Made by a program: the position numbers and the translations under genes
Origin: Acidothermus cellulolyticus 11B
Lineage (GTDB): Bacteria > Actinomycetota > Actinomycetes > Acidothermales > Acidothermaceae
DNA: 32,000 nt
Direction of reading: 5' to 3'
NCBI RefSeq assembly: GCF_000015025.1
Contig: NC_008578.1
Location: forward strand, 450,001-482,000
Shown here: in pieces, positions 21,566 to 28,968 of the stretch
Layout of the letters: every line of letters starts with the position of its first letter
Position numbering within the stretch: position 1 is the first letter of the stretch
Notes under the pieces: model-generated
Told to the model about the DNA's origin: nothing
What the model saw: the letters and a program-made list of their open reading frames with translations, nothing else
Database searches by the model: none

Positions 21566-22252
21566 GTGGGTGTGACAGGCGACTTCTGGGAATCGTGGCA
21601 ACCGCCGTCCTGGCTGCAACCGGTCTGGGGAGCGCTCAGACCCGACCAGTTGCGGCGGATGTTCCGGTACACCGCCGGATCGGCGATCTGCTTCGCCGTC
21701 TCAGAAGTCACCTTCGTCGTGCTGTTCTACCCCCACCTGCTCGGTGCGAAGTCCTCCTCGGTCGCCGCGTCGGTCGCCGGCATCATCCCCGGGTACTGGC
21801 TGAACCGCACGTGGACCTGGGGACGCCGGCACCGGTCGGATTTCTGGCGTGAGGTCGTGCCGTACTGGGCGACGTCCGTGGCGAGCGCCGTCTTTGCCGC
21901 CCTCGCGATCGGGGCGGTCAATGACGCGACGATGGCCTACAGCCGGGGTCTGCGCACGGTGATGAACGCGGCGACCTACATGGCGGTGTACGGGCTGATA
22001 TTCATCGGCAAATACCTGCTCTTCGACCGGCTGCTCTTCCCGTCGGCAACACCGGCGGCCGTCGGTGAGCCGGTGACCGTGACCGCCGAACCGCGGCCGG
22101 GCGCAGGAGGGCTGACTGCCGAACCGCGGCCGGGTGCAGCGAACCCGCACCGGGCGAGCCCCCACCCGCCGGTTCCGCGTCCGCGACCCTCACGGACCCT
22201 CAGCTGGACGCCGTCCGAGAAAACCGCTCCCGGACATACGTGCGAAGGATGA
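21566..22252 (+). CDS. GtrA-family membrane protein (putative lipid-linked sugar translocase) with a Pro-rich C-terminal extension
   Basis: GAGGTGA lies upstream of GTG 21566. The GtrA-like pattern is FRYTAGSAICFAVSEVTFVVLF, four TM helices, then GKYLLFDRLLF. The tail has a 33-nt direct repeat (22083-22106 / 22116-22139, encoding TAEPRPGA twice). The last 53 nt overlap the convergent GT2 gene. Confidence 0.65.
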   Translation: MGVTGDFWESWQPPSWLQPVWGALRPDQLRRMFRYTAGSAICFAVSEVTFVVLFYPHLLGAKSSSVAASVAGIIPGYWLNRTWTWGRRHRSDFWREVVPYWATSVASAVFAALAIGAVNDATMAYSRGLRTVMNAATYMAVYGLIFIGKYLLFDRLLFPSATPAAVGEPVTVTAEPRPGAGGLTAEPRPGAANPHRASPHPPVPRPRPSRTLSWTPSEKTAPGHTCEG

Positions 22253-23051
22253 CCCGCGCGTAGCGCAATCCGTACAGCAGGTTGTGCCCCTTCTTGCTCC
22301 GCCCGGCCCGGCGCACCCGCATCACCGTCGGCACTTCCGCGACCCGGTACCCCTGCAGAATCGCGCCGATGAGCAGCTCAGAGGTCTGGTACTGCGGCTG
22401 TGTCTGCCGCACCGTCGCGGTGATCTCCGCCCGCATGGCCCGCAGGCCGCTGGAACTGTCCGTAACCCGGGTGCCGGTCAGAAAACTGATCAGCCGGGAG
22501 AAGAATCGGACGCCGAGGTTGCGCACCGCGTCGGTGTTCTCGGTCCGGCCGAGCTGACGGGAACCGATCACGAAATCTGCTTTGTCTGCTTCGAGAAGCT
22601 CGATCATCGCAGGCAGATCCGCCGGATCCCACTGCCCGTCGGCGTCCAGGGTCGCGATGTACCGGGCACCGCCCTCCCGGGCGATCCGATACCCGGTGCG
22701 GAGCGCCACCCCGTGCCCGCAATTGCGGGACAACCGGCAGACCAGCGCACCGCCGGCTTCCGCGACCTCGGCAGTCCGGTCCGTACTGCCGTCATCGACC
22801 ACCAGGACGCGCGCATCGAGGCTGCCGATGCGCGGAGGGATTTCCGCCAGAACGCTCGGCAACGCCGCTTCTTCATCAAGTGCCGCGATGACGATGACCA
22901 GCGGCGGCAGGTGTTCCGCCGGGTAACGGGCGCGGAAATCCGCCAGAGCCGCTTCGACGACCTCGCTCGTGCCGGCGGCCTCCCGCAACGCCCGGTGAAT
23001 TCTGCGTTGACGCACCGACTTTCCCTTCGCGTTTCGGCTCATGAGGGGCAT
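22200..23051 (-). CDS. GT2 glycosyltransferase (DPM1/Ppm1-like soluble catalytic domain)
   Basis: The preferred start is ATG 23051 (MPLMSRNAKG), which overlaps the stop of the upstream membrane-protein gene (TAATG). Motifs are VIVIAALDEE, VVDDGSTDRT, TLDADGQ (DxD) and GLRAMR. The 53-aa extension to 23210 lies inside the upstream gene. Confidence 0.8.
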   Translation of the reverse strand: MPLMSRNAKGKSVRQRRIHRALREAAGTSEVVEAALADFRARYPAEHLPPLVIVIAALDEEAALPSVLAEIPPRIGSLDARVLVVDDGSTDRTAEVAEAGGALVCRLSRNCGHGVALRTGYRIAREGGARYIATLDADGQWDPADLPAMIELLEADKADFVIGSRQLGRTENTDAVRNLGVRFFSRLISFLTGTRVTDSSSGLRAMRAEITATVRQTQPQYQTSELLIGAILQGYRVAEVPTVMRVRRAGRSKKGHNLLYGLRYARVILRTYVRERFSRTASS

Positions 23052-24598
23052 TATTCTCCCATCGCCGGCAGCGGGGTCCGTGCCGTGTTCGGCGTTTCCC
23101 GGTTCTCCGGGCCGGCGCTGACCGGCAGCGAGAGCCACCACCACAGGAACACCGCTTGCAGCGCAACGAAAAGTCCGACAGCGAGCAGCGGAGCGATCGG
23201 CGGATTCCACGGCGTGTCACGGACGAAGAGCGGTGCGTTTACGCCGGTGCGGTACCGGTGCAAGGCCTGGACAAAGCCGCTGACCTGCACGGCACCGACC
23301 GTCACACCGATGATGAGCGCGGGCACGAGCAGTCGCCGCGCACGAGCCCGGCGGTCTCGCGGCCGGCGGGACATGGCGTAGCCCGCGAGAATCGGCGCCC
23401 CGACCGCGACCGGAAGAATGTACCGGCCCTGCCCCACAATGCCGAGTTTGCGGGCTTCGAGCGATGCCAATGCGGTGGGAAGCAGAATCGTCACCGCCAC
23501 CACCCCGGCAATGACGACGGCGAGCCGAAATTCCCGCCGCACGAGCACCGCCAACGCCAGCAGGGCGCAGATTGCCTCCCACGCGAAATAGCACCAGGTC
23601 GGCATATTCGTGTCCAACCAGCCGAAAACCCCGAAAAGCTGGTACATATTCAAACCGACCGCACGGATCGCCGTTGTGAAAATCTGCCAGTTGCTGGCAT
23701 TCGGTGCGACCGGCTGCCCGGCACCGGCGAGCTTGAGACTCCCCATGGCGAAAATCCACACCAAGGCGAAAATAGAGCTCGCCGCGAGGATTCCGGCGCC
23801 GATCTGCCCGTCCCGGCGGCGCAAGACCCGGAGCACCGGTTGCCACCCGGTGACGCCGACGACGGTGAGACCGATGACGGCGAGCAGCAGCGGTGAAAGT
23901 CCGCGGACCTGCACGAGCACGGACGCCGACACCGCCGTCCAGAGCACGAGACCGCGCGGCGGCGGGTCCTCGCGCGAGGCGAACGCCGCCAGCGCGCAGG
24001 TCCAGGTCGCCAAGGCTGCACTGATCTCCAGGCCGCTCGGATTCACCACACTGGCAAGGAAAAGCGCCATCGGCGTGACGGCCGCTGCGACACCGAGCAC
24101 CGTCCAGCGCGCTCGCCGGATCCGCGACGCGGCGACAAACCCGACGGCGAGGAAGAGCGACGACAGCGCGGCACTGACCAGCCGCATCCAGAACAGTACG
24201 TCCTTGCCGTTGGTGACGAGTGTCGGCAGCCCGACGAGAAGGTAGTACAAGGGGGGATAGCCGCCGACGTACGTGAGCGCCTCGGTCAGTCCCGATTGTG
24301 CCGTCCAGCGGGGCAGACATGCCGCGGATTGCTCCGGCTGAAAGGCGATGCACGCCGGGTTGCCTTGCGCCAGCGTCGCCGGTACCGTGAATGCCTCATA
24401 CGGTATGTGATCAGCCGGTTGCGGGGTGCCGCGGAATTCGCCGCGCACATTCGCGGCTGCCTTGACGGCATGCGCCGGCTCGTCGGGTGCCGCGTATTTC
24501 GGGGTCGTGACCGCCCAGAGCGCGGTGATACCGAAGAGGATGACGAAGCCGAGCAGTGCCCGCACCCATGTCCGCTTCATCGCCGAGAGTGTACCCAC
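23051..24598 (-). CDS. Large polytopic membrane protein, DUF2142-like (putative GT-C-fold glycosyltransferase)
   Basis: After the first TM helix comes a periplasmic-loop motif, YAAPDEPAHAVKAA, as I recall for DUF2142. There are more than ten hydrophobic segments. It is translationally coupled to the downstream GT2. Confidence 0.6.
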   Translation of the reverse strand: MGTLSAMKRTWVRALLGFVILFGITALWAVTTPKYAAPDEPAHAVKAAANVRGEFRGTPQPADHIPYEAFTVPATLAQGNPACIAFQPEQSAACLPRWTAQSGLTEALTYVGGYPPLYYLLVGLPTLVTNGKDVLFWMRLVSAALSSLFLAVGFVAASRIRRARWTVLGVAAAVTPMALFLASVVNPSGLEISAALATWTCALAAFASREDPPPRGLVLWTAVSASVLVQVRGLSPLLLAVIGLTVVGVTGWQPVLRVLRRRDGQIGAGILAASSIFALVWIFAMGSLKLAGAGQPVAPNASNWQIFTTAIRAVGLNMYQLFGVFGWLDTNMPTWCYFAWEAICALLALAVLVRREFRLAVVIAGVVAVTILLPTALASLEARKLGIVGQGRYILPVAVGAPILAGYAMSRRPRDRRARARRLLVPALIIGVTVGAVQVSGFVQALHRYRTGVNAPLFVRDTPWNPPIAPLLAVGLFVALQAVFLWWWLSLPVSAGPENRETPNTARTPLPAMGE

Positions 24599-24669
24599 CC
24601 GGGCAATTTGAGATCAGTCTCTCACCGGGAGCTCCCAGCAAGCTTTGAGGATCACTGCCTAGGATTCCG

Positions 24670-26523
24670 ATGATGAGCTCTCAGCTTGCCGTAGCGTCGC
24701 GCCTGCGGCTTGCCCGGTTGCGCCGTCCTAGACCGGACGGCGGATGGCTGCCTGCCTCTCCGCGGGTGCGTCGCGCCGCCGTCCCCGCCCTTCTTGTCAT
24801 CGTCGCGACTGCGTTGAGTTACGGCTATACCGCGTCCGCATGGCTCACGGATCCGACGACCACCTGGGTCGGCAACGTCGGAGACCCTGAGCAGAATCAG
24901 TGGTTTCTCGGTTGGCTGCCGTACGCCATCGGGCACGGTCTCAACCCGCTCATCAGTCAGCACGTGCTGTTTCCTGACGGCGTCAACCTGATGTGGAATA
25001 CCTCGGTGCTGCTGCCGGCGCTGCTGCTCTCGCCCGTCACCGTGCTCTTCGGGCCCACGGTCGCCTACAACGTCGCCCTTCTGCTCTGCCCGCCGACGGC
25101 CGCGCTAGCGGCGTACTTTGCCATCCGGCGCTGGACCTCGCAGTTTGCGGCGGCCGGCGGCGCGTTGCTCTTTGCCTTCAGCCCGTTCTTCTTCCGCCAA
25201 GCACAGGATCACCTGCACATGGCGGTTACCGCGTTCGTGCCGCTCTTTTTTCTCACGATGGACGAGGTGTTCCGCCGGCAGCGGCGCCGGTGGTGGGTGG
25301 CCGGAGGTCTGCTCGGCCTGGTCGCGCTCGGGCAGTTCTTCACCGCCGAAGAGTTCCTCGCCACCGACGTGCTGCTCGGCGCCGGTGTGGTCGCCGTCCT
25401 TGCCGCCTGCTATTGGCGGGTCGTCGCCGCGAAAATCTGGTACGCCGCGCGCGCTCTCGCGGTTGCGGCGGGTGTTTTCGCCGTCGTCGCCGCGTATCCG
25501 CTCTGGGTGCAATTTGGCGGACCGCAGCGGGTTCCCGGCACGATCCACGCGCCGAACGTGTACGTCAACGATCTCGCGAACCTCATCGTGCCGGTCGGAC
25601 AGTGGCTCGCGCTCGGATCCGCGCACGGCATGAACCAGAGCTGGACCGGCAATCCGGGGGAGTGGAACGGGTATCTCGGTATCCCGCTGCTGCTCGTCAT
25701 CCTGCTGGCGCTGGTCGTCGGCTGGCGCCGCCCGATTGTCCGGGTTGCCGGGGGTTTGTTCGTCGTGGTGGAAATCCTTTCTTTTGGGCCGAATCTGCAC
25801 ATCGGCGGCCACGTCACCACTATCTGGCTGCCCTGGCAGTGGGTGCAGCGGCTGCCGCTGTTCCATAACGCGCTGCCGAACCGGCTCGGGGTGTACGTCT
25901 ACCTGTTTGCCGGGCTGCTCACCGCCGTCCTGATCGACCACGTGATCGCTTGGGTCACGACGGCCGTCCGGGCTGGGAAATCGGCTGGTGTGCCGGCGCG
26001 GCGTCCCTGGGAGAAGCTGCGGGCGGTAGCGGTCGGAGCGGCGGCCGGACTGTTGATCGTCGTTGTGTTGAGCTGGCTGCCGGCCGCTCCTGCGGTGACC
26101 ACCGTCACGGAACCGGCGTACTTCACCTCGACCGGGGAAGCAGCAGACCTGCCGGCGGGGACCGTGGCCGTCGTCCTGCCCTACGTGTCGGGACCGAACC
26201 TCGAGGACGCCGAGGTCTGGCAGGCACGATCCGGCTTCCGCATGAAAATGCCCGGCGGATGGCTGATCGTCCCCGGACCGCATCACGGTGTGGAAGGGCC
26301 GACGTACCAGGTCTTCGGCGAGGTATTTCCGGACACCACGACGCTGGACGACGGTCTCGCTGCCGCGGTGCGGGCGGAGTGGCGGCAGTGGGGGGTCACC
26401 AAGGTCATTGTCGGTCCCGGGCCCTATGACCAGAACGTCATCGCCGGGCAGGTTTCGTACATTCTCGGCGGGGTGCAGCCCCGGTGGACCGGCGGCGTCG
26501 CGGTCTTCGACGTCCCGCAGTGA
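24670..26523 (+). CDS. Large polytopic membrane protein with a C-terminal extracytoplasmic domain (GT-C-like; family not recognised)
   Basis: The first loop has acidic residues, GDPEQNQWFLGWLPYAIGHGLNPL. There are about 11-12 TM segments. A soluble tail of about 150 aa follows the last TM (TVTEPAYFTS...VAVFDVPQ). Confidence 0.6.
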   Translation: MMSSQLAVASRLRLARLRRPRPDGGWLPASPRVRRAAVPALLVIVATALSYGYTASAWLTDPTTTWVGNVGDPEQNQWFLGWLPYAIGHGLNPLISQHVLFPDGVNLMWNTSVLLPALLLSPVTVLFGPTVAYNVALLLCPPTAALAAYFAIRRWTSQFAAAGGALLFAFSPFFFRQAQDHLHMAVTAFVPLFFLTMDEVFRRQRRRWWVAGGLLGLVALGQFFTAEEFLATDVLLGAGVVAVLAACYWRVVAAKIWYAARALAVAAGVFAVVAAYPLWVQFGGPQRVPGTIHAPNVYVNDLANLIVPVGQWLALGSAHGMNQSWTGNPGEWNGYLGIPLLLVILLALVVGWRRPIVRVAGGLFVVVEILSFGPNLHIGGHVTTIWLPWQWVQRLPLFHNALPNRLGVYVYLFAGLLTAVLIDHVIAWVTTAVRAGKSAGVPARRPWEKLRAVAVGAAAGLLIVVVLSWLPAAPAVTTVTEPAYFTSTGEAADLPAGTVAVVLPYVSGPNLEDAEVWQARSGFRMKMPGGWLIVPGPHHGVEGPTYQVFGEVFPDTTTLDDGLAAAVRAEWRQWGVTKVIVGPGPYDQNVIAGQVSYILGGVQPRWTGGVAVFDVPQ

Positions 26524-26545
26524 GCAATATTGGACTGCCGTGGTC

Positions 26546-26711
26546 ACCGGGAATATCGACCTCCCGGGTTGGGCAATCGCGACGTCCCGTAGTGAGCCGG
26601 AATCTTGACCTCCGGCAGCCAGCGGGAATCTCCCAGGAATCTCCCGGCAATCTCCCAGCGTCACCCGGTGCACCGGTGGGTATGCTGCGGGCATCACGAG
26701 GGAATTTCCGG
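26546..26711. promoter_or_regulatory. Array of seven related GG(G/C)AAT...TCCC motifs, a CACC(C)GGTG duplication and a candidate -10 (TATGCT, 26681-26686) in the leader of the sulfoquinovose synthase gene
   Basis: Motif starts are at 26549, 26572, 26598, 26624, 26635, 26646 and 26700. Three contiguous 11-nt units, (G/C)AATCTCCC(A/G)G, lie at 26626-26658. Hairpin-capable CCGGGA-N9-TCCCGG and CCGGA-N9-TCCGG lie at 26547-26567 and 26597-26615. The palindrome CACCGGTG is at 26671-26678. Confidence 0.55.
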
Positions 26712-26739
26712 TTCGGCTAAATGATCAGCGGAGTGTGCG

Positions 26740-27915
26740 ATGCGTGTCCTGATTCTCGGCGGTGACGGTTTCTGCGGTTGGCCGACCTCCCTGCACCTGT
26801 CGGCACAAGGGCATGACGTGCACATTGTCGACAACTTCGCCCGGCGGTGCGCGGACATCGAATTGGAAGCCGAATCGCTCACCCCGATCGCGCCGATGGG
26901 AACCCGGTTGCGCGCCTGGCGTGAGGTGAGCGGCAAGGAGATCGAATTCTCCCGGTTCGACGTCGCGGTGCACTATCACCGGCTGCTCACCCTGCTGCAG
27001 GAGTGGCAGCCGGACGCGGTTGTGCACTTCGCCGAACAGCGGGCCGCGCCGTACTCGATGAAATCGTCGTGGCACAAGCGGTACACGGTGAACAACAACA
27101 TCAACGCGACGAACAACCTGCTCGCCGCCATCGTCGAATCCGGGCTGGACATTCACGTCGTCCACCTCGGAACGATGGGCGTGTACGGCTACGGCACCGC
27201 CGGGATCAAAATTCCCGAAGGATACCTGCGGGTGCAGATTCCCAAGGAGAACGGCGAAGTCGTTGAATCGGAAATCCTCTACCCGCCGAACCCGGGGTCG
27301 ATTTATCACATGACGAAGACGCAGGACCAGCTGCTCTTCGCCTACTACAACAAGAACGACGGGGTGCGGGTCACCGACCTGCACCAGGGCATCGTCTGGG
27401 GCACCCAGACTGTCGAGACCCGGCTCGACGACCGGCTCATCAACCGATTCGATTACGACGGCGATTACGGAACTGTGCTGAACCGGTTCCTCGTCGAAGC
27501 CGCGATCGGATATCCGCTGACCGTGCACGGATCGGGCGGCCAGACCCGCGCGTTCATCAACATTCAAGACACCGTGCGGTGCATTCAGCTTGCGGTCGAG
27601 AATCCGCCCAACCCCGGGGAGCGGGTGCGGGTCTTCAACCAGATGACCGAGTGTCACCGGATCATCGACTTGGCCAAGCTGGTCTCCGAGCTCACCGGCG
27701 TGGAGATCGATCACGTGGAGAATCCGCGGAACGAAGCGGACTCCAACGACCTGTTCGCCGAGAACCGGCAGCTCCTCGAACTCGGGTTGAAGCCGATCAC
27801 CCTGGAGGCCGGGCTGCTCACCGAAATCACCGAGATCGCGCGGAAGTACGCCGACCGGATCGACGTCGACAAGATCCCGTGCCGGTCGTACTGGCGTCCG
27901 AAGCGGAGTGTGTGA
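26740..27915 (+). CDS. sqdB: UDP-sulfoquinovose synthase (SQD1/SqdB/Agl3 family, extended SDR)
   Basis: GGAG lies 7 nt upstream of the ATG. Near-collinear motif matches to plant SQD1 as I recall it are GGDGFCGW, ESLTPI, HFAEQRAAPYSM, LGTMGVYG (catalytic Thr), YHMTK at 27304-27318 (Tyr-His-x-x-Lys including the SQD1-specific His), RFDYDGDYGTVLNRF and GGQTRAFINIQDTV. Confidence 0.9.
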   Translation: MRVLILGGDGFCGWPTSLHLSAQGHDVHIVDNFARRCADIELEAESLTPIAPMGTRLRAWREVSGKEIEFSRFDVAVHYHRLLTLLQEWQPDAVVHFAEQRAAPYSMKSSWHKRYTVNNNINATNNLLAAIVESGLDIHVVHLGTMGVYGYGTAGIKIPEGYLRVQIPKENGEVVESEILYPPNPGSIYHMTKTQDQLLFAYYNKNDGVRVTDLHQGIVWGTQTVETRLDDRLINRFDYDGDYGTVLNRFLVEAAIGYPLTVHGSGGQTRAFINIQDTVRCIQLAVENPPNPGERVRVFNQMTECHRIIDLAKLVSELTGVEIDHVENPRNEADSNDLFAENRQLLELGLKPITLEAGLLTEITEIARKYADRIDVDKIPCRSYWRPKRSV

Positions 27916-28041
27916 CCGCCGGTCGTGCGGGCGGCCGAAGCGGAGTGTGTAGCGGATCGTTCTTCCGGCCGCCGGTTCCGCCGAGACGGTTGGCCGCAGA
28001 CCGGGGAGCCGTCCGGCCGCCGGTGATTGTGATCAAGGTGG

Positions 28042-28968
28042 GTGGGTGTTCGCGTTAGCATAGGCGTCGAAACGCTGATGGCTGACGTAGGACGCGAGCG
28101 CGAGACGCGCCGGCAGGACGAGCGCGACCGTGACGCCGTCGGGCGGCGGTACCTCGCGCACTTCACCGAATCAGACCGGCGCTTTCTGGCTGCGGCACGC
28201 CCCGGTGTCGCGGAGCTGCTCGGCCGCCGACCGGGCGTCGTCCTCGACCTGCTCGGCAGCGAAGAGGTCGCGGCGGCGCTCTTCCCGCGGCCGCCGCAAC
28301 CGTCCGACGCGCTCGCGATGGTCTCCCCGGCGCTGGCGTTCGCGGTCGCCGTCCACCGGGCCGCCGAGGAGCAATCCGGTTCGCTGTACGTCCCCGAATG
28401 GGTGGGACCCCGGCAACGGGTGCCCGTCTTCGCCGGCCCGGAGCTCGCCGCTTTTCTCGCCGAGCCGTGGCACCGGCTCTTTCTCGTCGAACTGCTCGCC
28501 TCGTATGCCCGGGTGGCCAGCGGGAGCTACCTGACCCGCACCGCGCACGGGTGGCGGCGGCGGCGGTACAGCGAACTTGACCCGGTGCAGCTTGCCGGGC
28601 TGCTGCACGCGGTGTCGCCCGTTGAGCAGGCGGGTGTCTACCGGCGGCTGGGTGATCTCGCGTTGTTCTTGACCGGCGTGTTCCCGGACCACACCGCGAC
28701 CCGGGCGTTCCGTCCGCTCGACGCGCAGCGGTTGCTGCGCCTGGTCGGGGAATCGCACGAGCACGCCGATCGCGGCGCAGTGGATTTGCTGCAGTGGCTG
28801 GGACCGCGGTGGTACCGGCAGGCTGTGGCGCACGTCCCGTTCGTCACCGCGGACGCCCGGATTCTGCAGACGATGGCCGACCAATTCGTCAACGCCCGGC
28901 GGATTCTCACCGTCGTCGCCGACCGGTACCTTTTCCCGGTCGGCAATCCGTGGTTTCCGTGGAATTAG
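28042..28968 (+). CDS. Hypothetical cytoplasmic protein with no recognised domain
   Basis: The ORF has host-like codon bias (C/G at third positions). The N-terminus is charged (RERETRRQDERDRD). The start is uncertain (GTG 28042 or ATG 28078). The stop TAG at 28966-28968 overlaps the stop of the convergent GT4 gene. Confidence 0.55.
   Translation: MGVRVSIGVETLMADVGRERETRRQDERDRDAVGRRYLAHFTESDRRFLAAARPGVAELLGRRPGVVLDLLGSEEVAAALFPRPPQPSDALAMVSPALAFAVAVHRAAEEQSGSLYVPEWVGPRQRVPVFAGPELAAFLAEPWHRLFLVELLASYARVASGSYLTRTAHGWRRRRYSELDPVQLAGLLHAVSPVEQAGVYRRLGDLALFLTGVFPDHTATRAFRPLDAQRLLRLVGESHEHADRGAVDLLQWLGPRWYRQAVAHVPFVTADARILQTMADQFVNARRILTVVADRYLFPVGNPWFPWN

Noticed and set aside
19468-21852. Long overlapping ORFs (19468-20742 minus, 20010-20975 plus, 20683-21852 plus, 20864-21619 minus)
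   Set aside because: All are Arg/Pro/Gly-rich shadows of the GT2, flippase-like and GtrA genes, which carry the recognisable motifs in their own frames.
22200-23210. The 53-codon N-terminal extension of the GT2 ORF (start at 23210), and the 34-codon extension of the GT4 ORF to 30296
   Set aside because: Both extensions lie inside the upstream genes. Internal ATGs at 23051 and 30194 coincide with stop/start overlaps (TAATG, ATGA), which indicates translational coupling. The conserved GT N-termini begin there.
26546-26711. Possible CRISPR array or PHO-box set upstream of sqdB
   Set aside because: It is not CRISPR: the units are only 11-26 nt, partly contiguous with no spacers, and there are no cas genes. 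As PHO boxes, only about 6 of 11 positions match the GKTCAYYYRSG-type consensus as I recall it in either orientation. I therefore report only the 11-nt periodicity and not a PhoP assignment.
25105-27714. A 530-aa (25105-26697) and a 329-aa (26725-27714) minus-strand ORF
   Set aside because: They are antisense to the polytopic membrane protein gene and to the very confidently identified sulfoquinovose synthase gene. Their composition is typical of GC-rich antisense frames.
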